Assembly (NCBI GenBank): GCA_907165135.1
Contig: OU015569.1
Coordinates: 2,108,001-2,172,000 of the forward strand
Origin: Oikopleura dioica
Taxonomy: Eukaryota > Animalia > Chordata
Length of the DNA stretch: 64,000 nt
Reading direction: 5' to 3'
Each line of letters starts with the position of its first letter. Position 1 is the stretch's first letter. The position numbers and the translations under genes were made by a program. Positions 38,930-49,900 of this stretch are shown one piece after another. The notes below the pieces were generated by a model. The model saw only the letters and a list, made by a program, of their open reading frames with translations, made no database searches and had not been told where the DNA came from.

Positions 38930-39898
38930 TTATATGGCTATTTTTCGTGTTGTTCGCCGCGGCTGGGTGTTGGGTGGGCGGTAGGACGCTGGTAGATGAA
39001 GAGGGTATGTCCTTTTTGCAGCTACTTTGAAGAGGCGAGCGTTACAGTCGGAAATGTAGTCCCATCCTTTTGGTTCACCATTCCATACATTGTTATCTTC
39101 TGTTGATCTTTTTTCTGGTCGGACTGAGATTGTTTTGCGCCTCTTCGCCAAATTTTCGCATTTCGCAGGAGATTCTTCTTCATTTTTTCGTTTTCTTCCA
39201 GATTTCTTCGAATTTTGACCCAACTGGACCCCGACTTCCTTGAATTTCTTGTGCAGGTTTGCCCTTTCGTTAATACATTTGTAAAGCTGAAGCGCTACCT
39301 CGCGGTCGTTTACCATTTCAACGGTCTGCAACTCTCGACCCAACTGTTTCACTGCCTTCGGTTTCCTTTGCTGTTTTGTCCTATCGTTGATACTTTTATA
39401 AAGCTGAATCGCGTGCTCTCGCTTGATTGATTTTTCTGTTGTATTTTCCAACTGCTCTACTGCTTTCGGTTTCTTTTGCCGCTCTGCCCTATCGATGATC
39501 GTAGAAGCGTTAAGCTGAAGCCCGAACTCGTGGTCTGCGCGTTGACGCTCTAGTTGGCTGAGAAAATCGTTAAAGTACTGTCCTTAGCAGACATCGACTT
39601 ACTTCAGCCAGACTTCAGATGGTGTTGGCTCGTTGGTATTTGTTAAAACGCGATATATTCTACTTTCAAGGGTCCTCATTCTCTTTTCGTACTTTGATGC
39701 CAAATCCGCATTTTTCTCCCGTGTACTTTTTCTTCTTTTGATTTTCTTGAGTTTTTGCTGACAAACGGCGTGCTCGTGGAATAAAAATTTTAAACTGGTA
39801 TTTTTTATTCTTGCGTCAGGTAAAGATTCAGCATTTTCTCGTTCATTTTGAATCACGTACACTCGGTCAAATATTGCCATAATCTTAATTTTTCTCAA
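38930..39898 (-). CDS. Hypothetical basic protein with three internal repeats of about 40 aa; one apparent frameshift
   Basis: Exon 39599-39898 with a GTAAG donor, then repeats DHEFGLQLNASTIIDRAE / REHAIQLYKSINDRTK / REVALQLYKCINERAN. An extra A in the first repeat shifts the frame. Confidence 0.42.
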
Positions 39899-40179
39899 CG
39901 TTTATCGAGAAAAATTTCGAAGGCGAATCTTTTTAAAAATGGGATTGGTCGCCGATCATACAGATAATGAAACCAATATAGATTTAATAACGATAAGGAC
40001 TTCACTGGCAGTTTTCTTGTTTACAGGAATGAATTTATTGAGCGTATATCGTTATAAAACTTCATATTTGATGCAGTAGACTAAGACATGTCAGCTTCTT
40101 ATCTACTCTGTAATTAATTACAGTTTGTTCGTCCGACTGAAAGCATGATATAATATCATTGATATTTTTTAGAATCTAT

Positions 40180-42570
40180 GATTTGCTTACGATATCGAAG
40201 GTGAGTGGCGAAAAAAGATCGTCTTCGTCGTTTAGAGAGAACTTCTTGCTGATCACGTGAATTTTGTATTCCATCGTTTCTTCATCAATGTTCTCGTCAG
40301 CGGCGAATATGAACAAGCCCTTTTACTGCTCAATTCTTTACGTCTTTCGATCAATAAAAGGCTGTAGCTTGAGCGGTTTCCTTTGAAATTAGGCAGTTTA
40401 TATGAGCACCAGGTATAGCTACATGTTCGACAATGTCAGTTCCGTCGACGGTGGATGAGAAAATGGTGTCACCACCTTCGGCCCAATACAGCTTTTCTTC
40501 TTTATCGTCAAATGCCATGGCACTTGTTTCATAAAATGTTGTATTCTTGAAAAGAGGTCTATCCATATTTATTTTGTTTTCTTTTTGAAAAGAATTGAAA
40601 TGGCCATATTCAAAGTTTACAGTTCAATTCTCTTGGCTTTTCCTGTAATGTTGTTCTGATAGAAGCTTCCTCGAAAAGAAACGAGAACTTGAGAGCTTGT
40701 AACTGAGAGGGATTCCCAAGGAAGACCAATGATAGGATGAGCAAGGGCAATGGAAGGCCTCCGATCTAACTCAAGATTGATGCTTCCGATAACAGAAATA
40801 AGCTGCTCTGTCTTGAGAATAAACCAGATATAGTCTCGAGAAATAGATAAGTCAATGATTTCGCTTTGGTCGCTGATCAAGAAAAAGTTTTCTTTTACCG
40901 AAAAACTCTCGTTTTCGGGCGATAAGGAGTGAAAGTGGACGACGGAAGAATTCTTTGTCTAGTTGCACAAAAAATAATCAACTTTTCTCGCTAAAAAATG
41001 TGTAACTCTTCCTTGACTCCATAAATTAGAAATTTTCTTTTGTCGTCTATCACAAATGTTGTTACTTGGCCTTCAACCAGGGTGGAACGTTGGGACCGGG
41101 CAAGTCGGGCAAACCGGGCAAAAAATCGGGCGGGCGTGCAAATCGGGCGGCGTAGGGCTCGATTTTACGAGGTAAAAATCGGGCAAAGTCGGGCAATCGG
41201 GCAAAAATCGGCGCCCGGAAAAAGTCGGCGTCCGGATGAAAAAATGGCATCTTATGGGACATTAATACTGAAATTTTCTTTAAAAACGTCCGGTTTCGGT
41301 TCTCCATGAGTGCCCTTCTTCTTTCGAGATACAAAATAATCCTTCCTCTTCAATAAATTTACATATTTTTTGGTTTTGGGGTTGCCGAAATTTCCGGGCA
41401 AAAGTCGGCACCCGGGCAAATCGGGCGGGCAAAAAGTCGGGCGGCCATCGGGCGGCGCCGACAAAAAAAAATTTAATCGGGCGGGCAATCGGGCGGCCAA
41501 ATTCAAATATTTTGCCCCAACGTTCCACCCTGCTTCAACAGATGCTAGAATAGGAATCGAGGACAGCTCTTGTTTCAAGTGCACTTCTGGATTGACACTT
41601 ATTTCGTAAAATACTGTCTTATCCGTTGTTTGATTGTAGCCATCGTAGACGAGTTTGACTCCATCATCGCAGACGGTAATATCGCAACTTTCCCACCTTC
41701 TTTCGGGATCTGTTGTGTAGCACCAGGCTCCTCGCAAGTCCAAATGAAGGTTCACATGATTGCGTCGTGAGTTTGTTCTATAATAAAGCCTACTAATTGT
41801 AAGAAGCATAGAAGCAAATCTGAGAAAAGAGAATGAACCCAATCTAAATCCGGATTTCTGCAGAAGTTGTGATCATTTGGAGGCTGCGGCACTGCTTTTG
41901 GCACGTGAGGAAATGTTTCATTCCATTTCTGACAAGTTCGTCCAGAGAAAGTTTGAGAGAGCGTTCCATTATAAGTGAGACTCGTATTGTGAGGCCAGCA
42001 TGTCTTCTCTTGAAACACCGTCTTCCATGTGATTTGAAAGCCCTCGCCGCTTTCTGATCCGTCGGTGAAAAATAGCATTCCAATTTTAATGAATCCTTCA
42101 CTGTTAGCTTCGAATGTGAAAGAAGTAGAATTGCCTCTGCAAAGTGTTTTTATGTTCGACACACTTCCGTAGTTAGATACTTCGAAAATGCTCAGTGAAT
42201 CCCATAGACATGGAAGATCGTTCTGCTATTCGTTGCAAAATAAAAGTAAGTTATTACTTTTGAATCCTACTTCTGAAAACAATCGTTCTTCGCCCAGTTT
42301 CAAGTAATCCACTCGCAGATGAACCCTTTTAGGGATAGTCGTTCCGACTGAAGTGGGCTTATGAAGCGTTTTTTAAACATGAGAGACCAACGTTATTCTC
42401 GTTAATCAAACACTTTCCTGAAGATGCCATCGACAGTTGATGCTGCTTTCGTAAATGTCTCCAAATGCTTCTCGGGAAGAAAGTAAGCCTCTAGCCACAC
42501 GAAAGGTTTCGCCACAAAGACTTTGGACACTAGAAACTAAGAAAAACTTAAAAAGGTGCATCATGCCCAT
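40180..42570 (-). CDS. Secreted CUB + kringle + YWTD-like beta-propeller protein, multi-exon
   Basis: Signal-like start MGMMHLFKFFLVSSVQSLCG; CUB (CGETF...NCRWHL...CLWDSL...FFTDGSESGEGFQITW); kringle (YNGTLSQTFSGRTCQKW, NFCRNPD, AWCYTTDPERRWESCDI); propeller-like exons (MAFDDKEEKLYWAE). The 3' end is approximate. Confidence 0.8.
41078..41532. mobile_element. 455-bp MITE inserted in an exon of the CUB-kringle gene (candidate introner)
   Basis: 17-bp TIR CAGGGTGGAACGTTGGG. 7-bp TSD CTTCAAC at 41071-41077 and 41533-41539. Dense AA(A/G)TCGGGC subterminal repeats. Confidence 0.93.
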
Positions 42571-43904
42571 TTAATTGGCATAAAAGCCGCTAGTTTATCG
42601 GACATTGTATCAGACTCTAGCGCACCGCCCGGGGAACGGTCATTTTGTTGATTAACTTGAACAACATAACTCCAATGAATGAAACAGATTTATCGTTGTA
42701 TATTTCTATCAAAGCTCCAGACTTTTTCGGTCGCGCAGATGCTTTTATCGATCGAAAAAAAAGATACACACAATGGTAGGTTGTATCAAAGGATGAAAAA
42801 ACCCGCTGCATTGTACATAATCTGCGTCGGGTAAAACTCTTCCTTTGTTGAAAAAGGCTGAGATTTGCTTAAATTATTTATATAATGTAATTATTTCTTA
42901 ATTGAGCTGATTAAAGTTGCTCGATTGAACAGAAAATGCCAAGAACTGGACCAAAAAATCGAATGGAATCAACAAAGACTTCGCGAAATACATCGCGAAA
43001 ACGACCATTTGAAAGAACAGAAAGCTCAAACTCAGGCTCTTCTCAACGAAACGATCCGTAAGTGATACCCACGAATTTTTTCCTGTACTTTTTAAGAAAA
43101 TGCACTCTACACCTCTACAGAAGACGAAGATCTCCAAGGAATAACCTTCAAACATGATGATTTGGCTTCTTAGTTTAAAAACTGAATTTCATAATTTTTT
43201 TTTCAAATACTGCATTCAAGTTCGCTTATATAAGCGACAGGTATTCTTGAATAAACAAATTTCAACATGACCTTTTTTGGACCCGGCGGCATAGCACTAT
43301 TAAAAATATTTGCCAATGACAAGCATTGTGCCTTCAAAATCGTCTGTTCTCTACGATAGAATCACTTATTGATGGTAGACTTCTCGAAGACGAAGCATTA
43401 CAGAAGTCCCTTAGAGCAGGTGTTTTCCTTTGCTATTTTGAGAGTTCTGTTATCTTAAAAATTGAAGAAGAAGAGTAAACTTGTCGTTATTTATTTCCTA
43501 CCGGACTCAGTTGATGTCCACATCTGGTGGCTAAAAAATTCTTCGGAACCGCTTGTCAGGATAGATGGGCGTCAGGACGCGGAGAAAAATAGACAGGAAC
43601 TTTTGTCGGATGACTAAAAAGGCGAAAACTCAGGCGTTAGATACGATGAGTCGAATTACGGCAGGTTGAAATTCTACCATTCAGGAAGGACTTTTTGAAA
43701 GGCAATTTACTTTTTATAATAAGGATCTTTGTTTTGAGAAAAAAAAGAATCGGCTCGAAGAATCGATGAGAACAAATAAAACGGTCGTTTTCCCACTAAC
43801 AAACTCATTTTACCTTTTGAGACACAGAGAAATAACGAGAGAATCTTTTGCTGTACAAATGATATTAACCGCTATTTTTAAGAATTTTTACCACTTGAGA
43901 TACA

Positions 43905-44775
43905 ATGAGTCGAGAATTCGATGAGCGCTCTATTAGAAGCTCTGCAAGTAGATACAGAAGGGGCCATGAATACGCTCCGTCGTTAGCTGGGTCAGATGGG
44001 TTCCGATCTGCCTATTCTGGGGGATCTTCGAATTATCATGGAGGAATAGGAAGAGGTCGAGGAGGAAGTCGCGCTGGACATGCTGAGCGATCAAGGATCT
44101 CTAGTTCCCATAGAACTTCAGGTTACCTCCCTCCCACCAGCGAGTCAGAGTTCAAATTCTCGAGAACGAGAAGAAACTAGCGCTCTTCCGTTCGTAGTGC
44201 CAGTGTCTACTGTTAAAAAAGAACTCTGTTAAAGATATTTGGTTCCGTTGACCATCGATCCGAACACTCAGGCACATTGAGACCAACATCACGAAGTGAA
44301 TCGAGGTTGGAAGTATACGACCCTGGAATGCATTCTGAAAACCCTGCCGCCCAAGAAATTTGTTCAATTAATTTATAATTAAATGCATAATTTTTTATTA
44401 GTTCTTCCTTTTTTCTAACCTTTTGAATTTTACTAAAAGTAAACAAACTCTACAGAAGACTGAAGAATATCGATGAACAGATTCGCCACAACAGAGTCAT
44501 AATCAGAAATAAACATCAAGAAAATGATGTTCTTGAGCGAAAGAAAAACGATACGCAGAAACTTCTCGAGGAAACAATCCGTAAGCAAAATATATTTTCA
44601 TATTCAGCCTGTAATTTATATTCACTCGAAAGAAACCCTCCATTTCACTTCTGAAAGCCATGAAGAATATCCCCCTGCCCTTACTTCTGAGAATGGAAAC
44701 CCTCTTCAAGGACCACTTGGAAAGATTACTGAGGTCGATACTGATGCAGACAATAGCATGGACACATCACTTTAG
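43905..44775 (+). CDS. Hypothetical spliced gene (Ser/Arg/Gly-rich N-terminus, coiled-coil exon)
   Basis: First exon MSREFDERSIRSSASRY...GRGRGG; internal exon LYRRLKNIDEQIRHNRVIIRNKHQENDVLERKKNDTQKLLEETI with a GTAAG donor; last segment to 44775. The middle exons are unresolved. Confidence 0.42.
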
Positions 44776-44891
44776 TAAGCCCTATTTTGAACTAAAATAC
44801 CCTCTCTTTACAAACTTCTAAGATGCTGTTCATGCAGAAAGAGTATTAAGAAAACACAGTCACAAGAATCAATTTCCTCGGTAAATTTATT

Positions 44892-46180
44892 TTATTTTCT
44901 GCTGGGCAAATTATAAACGACCTCTTGTAGATTTCGCTGTTGAAGAATAAACTGAAATATTTAATAAATAACAACTCTCACCCTGAAAAACTCGCCTTTA
45001 TGATCTTTTGTTCCATACGATTGAAGTATCTGAGCACATTAGCATCTGCCCAAACGAGATCAAACTTCTCCTTTAGCTCCCACTTCGGATCAATATCCTC
45101 GACAGTTGCAATGAGAAAATCCCCTTCTAGCCAGGCATGATCTTGAGTGAAAGTCTGCTAAGTTATTATGTCTTTGATTACCTGTGTTGTAAATACTATC
45201 AATAGTATTGTCAGAGGAAGCGACAAAGAAGTTAATTCCTTCGAAAGTTTTAACGATTGTTACTAAAACTACAGAAACTAGAATATTTGAAACTCTTTCT
45301 AAGTAGTTCTCGAGGTCTTGAATCTTATTTTCTCCATCCTTATGAATCCAAAAAGGAAGTTGATGCTCGTTACTAGTGCATCCTCTTGCGAGAAATCTTC
45401 TTCCAGAAACGACGAGCATATAAGAAACTTTGTTGGCACCTGGTTTGTCAAGGCGACCCACGCCAACACCTCCAGTGCGTCCGATTTTATTCAAAGTAGC
45501 GTTCTTGGGAATACTCTGGGGCAAACCGATCACAACTGGGTCGTAATCTTCCCAAGGCGCGTCCCATTTTAGATTTTCATCTGGAACCGGAAATTTAGGT
45601 TTTTGACCGGGCAGCGAGCTTCGACTGAGTCTCCACTTGGCGGCGCTTTTCTCCACAATCGCAGTAATATGGCTTTGTATTGTCGAAACGCGTTGGATAA
45701 TCGTGGGCTCTTCGAAATGGTCTTTGATCAGACGATTGGAGTCCGTGGAACTTCAAGAATATAAAAACTAAAAATTTGTTCAACTCACTTTTCCACTGAG
45801 CGTCCCCAGACACAGAATAACGGCGGCGACTGTTGTTCCTTCGGCTCTTTTGTTACTTCCCCTGTAATCCTTTCTGTTGATCTTTTTGCACCTTTTGGCT
45901 CGCTTTCTGCTCTTGAAATTCGTCTGTTTCGGCTGTTTAGAGTGCTTCTTGTCATTCCATATATTTCGAAATCGCTTGAATTCTACTGAAAAGTTGAAGC
46001 ACCGCGAAAGTTACCTGGGAAAACCATCAAGGCTCATATGCTCCAAGCATTCCTCACGGGTCGGTTTCGGAAGAGGGTCTGTTTGAGCACTAGTTGTTAC
46101 CATGACTGGTGGGGGAGTGGGCGGCGGTGGTGTTGGAAGTGGTGTTGGTGTTCGTATTTTTACAATTGGTTTCCCTCCAA
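44892..46180 (-). CDS. NUDT9-homology (ADP-ribose hydrolase-like) exons, probably the C-terminus of the upstream TRPM channel
   Basis: SRSSLPGQKPKFPVPDENLKWDAPWEDYDP, NKIGRTGGVGVGRL and DHAWLEG resemble the NUDT9/TRPM2 motifs FPVP...W, GRTG and DNAWMET. They lie on the same strand directly downstream of the TRPM coiled coil. Confidence 0.7.
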
Positions 46181-46417
46181 CTGAGGATATTGACTCCTCT
46201 TTTCAATAATTCAACATTGCCTTTTTTGTTTTCACAAAGTGGCTCCGAAAATTAGGAACTACTAAATCTTCCGCTCACCCCCTGAGAACTAAATCTCACG
46301 ATGAGATCAAACCAGCTGTACACGCGGTACCCCGCCGAATTCCGTCGCTAAAGCGCCATCAGCTGGACAAAAGTGTAGATAAAAATAAACACCCGGTTTT
46401 CTTTCTATCAAAACAAA

Positions 46418-46726
46418 ATGCAATCAGATAGAAAGCGAAAATCGACCGGACCCAAAGTTTGTGGCGCTCAATTGAGACTTCGAAAAATCCAGCGCAGAAG
46501 GCTTGGAGAGCACATTCGCCAAATGATCGAAGCTGAAAATGAGCTCGAGAAACTGCGGAAAGAGGAGCAAGAAAAGCAAAAGAAAGCACAAGAAGATGAG
46601 CGAAGAAAAAAGGAAGAAGACCAGCGAAAACAAAAAGAAGAAGAGAATGTGAAGAAGTTCCGACAATTTTTCAGCAAGGAAATTCTCGAGATGCGACGAC
46701 GACTCTACATAAACGAAACATGGTAA
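46418..46726 (+). CDS. Glu/Lys/Gln-rich coiled-coil exon antisense to, and apparently nested within, the TRPM locus
   Basis: Open frame of about 100 codons with an aatcag acceptor near 46427 and a GTAAA donor near 46722. The composition is biased (EEQEKQKKAQEDERRKKEE). Confidence 0.4.
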   Translation: MQSDRKRKSTGPKVCGAQLRLRKIQRRRLGEHIRQMIEAENELEKLRKEEQEKQKKAQEDERRKKEEDQRKQKEEENVKKFRQFFSKEILEMRRRLYINETW

Positions 46727-46986
46727 AAGAACAGACTGCCTCCACTGAGAAATACTGCAAATTATCTAATTCTGAAATAACTCGAACTTATTTGGAATAA
46801 AACAAAAATCGTGAAGCTGGCGAGTTTTTTATGAGATCCGTGGGATTGAATTCAATTACTGTATCGCAATATGACGCCGATCCAGCCCAAAAAGCCGGGC
46901 AAAACGAGTTTCCCATCCTTCACCAGATCGAGAATATCTCACAAAGAGCATCGTCGAGACCACTGCAGAGAAATTAAACTACTAGA

Positions 46987-49900
46987 TTATGTCGAATCAT
47001 TTCCTAGAGATACTTGCATTTCTTCCAAATTCGCATGAAGTAGGGCTATCTTCTCATTCATTTTATCGAGCTCCCTTTTACCATCTCCTTCATTTTTGCC
47101 TGTCACCTTTTCTTCTAGTTTTTCAAACATTAACTTCTTTGAAATATTAGTCTTTTTCCAGGTTAGACTTGTTGATAAGTTCAATTTTGTTTATCTCTAA
47201 CCGGCCTGTAATTTTTGCATTTCTTTCTGCTGAGTTTCATCCAATGGCGGGCTAATTCCTTGAATTTCCTCTGATTCAGGGTTTAACTGCTCTCTGAGAA
47301 AATAAACTGCTTCGGTAATAACCCGTTCCTAAAGAGCTGCTCAAAATATCGCTATGCCAGGATGCTGGAAGCTGATGTTCTTGTGCCATTACCTTCAATG
47401 TGAAAAAGATCCAGATAAGCGCATAAAAAAGGTAAGCAATTGTGATGACGGGGATGATTGAATGAGTCCTCATGCAGCGGACATCTGTATCGAGAATATT
47501 TGTTTCGGTGAAATTCCCACATTGTTCAACATCATATCGTGACTCTAACATTTCATTTGTTCTACATTTATGCCCAAGTGATTATAATTCTCAGTTACAG
47601 AGGCTATTTTAGAACATGCCTGAAAGAGATCATCGTTTGATTGCAAAAACAAGGCCGAAAATGAGCGGGAGACGATGCCACGGAAAAGGTCGGTCGAACG
47701 AGGTTCGTTGGGAAAGAGCAATCCTTGGGTCGTGATTCCAAAGCTGACGACAAGGAGGAGTAAGTAAATTCCGTTCCAGTAGACAGCACGACTTTCAAAG
47801 GTGTCACAAACCTCGCCGACTGTATTTACGTGTCTAATAGCCAAGCAATACCGTCCTTGAATACCAGATTAAGCCCGCAGCATGTGCAACGGTCAATCAA
47901 ACGATAATGAAAGGTCCTTCGCTATTTCGTAAATATCATAATGATCTCATTATCGCGTCCACGCGTTTCTTATTCACGCAAAGGCGCTTAAAAAATTTAG
48001 GCAACGTAAAGACAAAACTCAAAGCAAAGAGAATCAACCCATTGTACAGACCATCGCTCAGTTGTAAAACTGTACCAGTTTCGCTACTCGTAATGCTTCG
48101 CATAATAATGGCAAAAGAAAGGAGAATCCAGGAGATTCCAGTTGATAAGTTTACGAGTGACCTTTTTTGCTGATTGAAAATCATGATTGATTACTGGTAC
48201 TTGATATAAATGAGTATTTCTCCGAATGGATCATTATAACTCGAGGCTGATCATTTCAGCGTATTTAAACCGCATCCTGTGCCAGATAAATTCATTCGCG
48301 TTTCGCCAGTCGCGTACAACGGTGAAAACGGCCAGCGCAAAGTTCAACCCTTGCAGCGCGTAAACCAAGTACTCTTCCGGCTGAGGCGACGAATAGAACT
48401 TCTGCAAGAGCACTATTGAATAGAGGACAAGCATGACCAGATAAAATAGAGTTCCATAAATGTGCTGGACAAACGGCACGGCCAAGAACTGACCCGTCGA
48501 TGCAGAAATTGATGTTGATTGGTTCTGTTTCTTTGGCAAGTTAAAAAAGTTAGCTTTGCAAAGAATACTGCTTAGTTTTTCCTGCTTCTATCCAGAAAAA
48601 CCAAGATAAACTAATCTGGATTCTTGGCGTAGCTTGCACTATCGACAAAGAAAATTACTTTTCTAGATTTTAGCTGTTCTTCAGCCATCCAATCAAAGCC
48701 ACTCTAGACCACCTGGATGTCAGAAAATGAGTGACAAACGTTTTCTCCAGTCAAGAGGTCCGTACTTTCCCCATCGTGAATTAAAAAAAAGCGTAGGTAA
48801 AATACGGAGTTCCAGCTTTGAGAAAAAAAACTCGACTGTTACTGTAACCAATCAAGGGGTGCTTTGTCAGAAGTGTCCAAAAGGACTGTCTTCTTGGAAT
48901 GCTAGAAGAAAACGGACTTTTGTCACTTCTAGCAGAGCTTCCCTTTCAACCGACGACAAATTTAATCTTCGACTCGAAAAGGTGTTTGAAACCATAATGG
49001 ATAAACTAGAACGACAGTATTTGTATTTTTCTATACTCGCCTATTACAACATCGAATCAAATCTTGCTACAGGTGGTCAGAAGAAAGTGCAGACATCTTT
49101 AGGGCAAACATTCAATCCCTGAAGCAGCCTGGGCGGTCTTCCGGCCATCTGAGAGCGCATTCGACAAATACACCTCACCAGAAGTCCGTAAGAAGCCCTA
49201 TTTCGGTAATAATCCTCATCCCCTAAGCAGGGCGAGACCGGGCGACGCTGGGCGGCGCAGGGCGGCGGAAGGCGGCGCAGGGCGGCACAATTCAGTGTCT
49301 CCCCTTTCTTCTACTCAATTACTTTTTATGCTATTCTTTTAACTCATTTCCTTGACAGAAAACTTCGCCATAAGGGGGCAGAAAAAAGAGATAATGAAAA
49401 ACGTGTAATTTCTTTTCTTCCTAAAGTATTTGTGAGGCGTTAACGAGCTACAGTAACTGAGGAACGAAGGTTTACCTTAGTGGGATGAGAGCGCCGTACC
49501 ACCTACTCGAAATGTGCTCTTGGATAATCTGGCCGAGTTTTTCACTTTGAGTGGGATATACGAAGTGGCGCACTTGAATTTTTAGTATTTTATATCCGAC
49601 TGTTGAGTTCCATCGACTCACAGTATCTAACTAACTGAGTTTATATCCAATTTTTGAAGCGGCGAAAGCAGCTTCTTCAGTCGCACATCGCCCCATTGAG
49701 AGCATCGAAAATTCATCACTTGCTCGTGTTCGCTGATAGATAGCTTGCCAAAGCAATCCGTTAAAATCGCCATCGCAACAGGACATTTTAGCACGTGAGC
49801 GGCTACAGCTGCGTTTGGAAGTAAATTCCGCCGCAGACGGGGAAGACAATGAGCAGCAACTTCAGCCTTTGAGTTGACCAGCGCCCAAACTAGAATTGTA

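Noticed and set aside
41040-41609. Arg/Gly/Pro-rich ORFs on both strands
   Set aside because: These are translations of the TCGGGC repeats of the 41078 MITE.
42215-42290. 8-bp direct repeat AGAACGAT around an intron of the CUB exons, suggesting a TSD
   Set aside because: Removing one copy plus the intervening sequence shifts the frame and no TIRs are evident, so it is probably coincidence.
48727-49122. 131-aa plus-strand ORF
   Set aside because: It is antisense to probable TRPM exons and has no independent motif.
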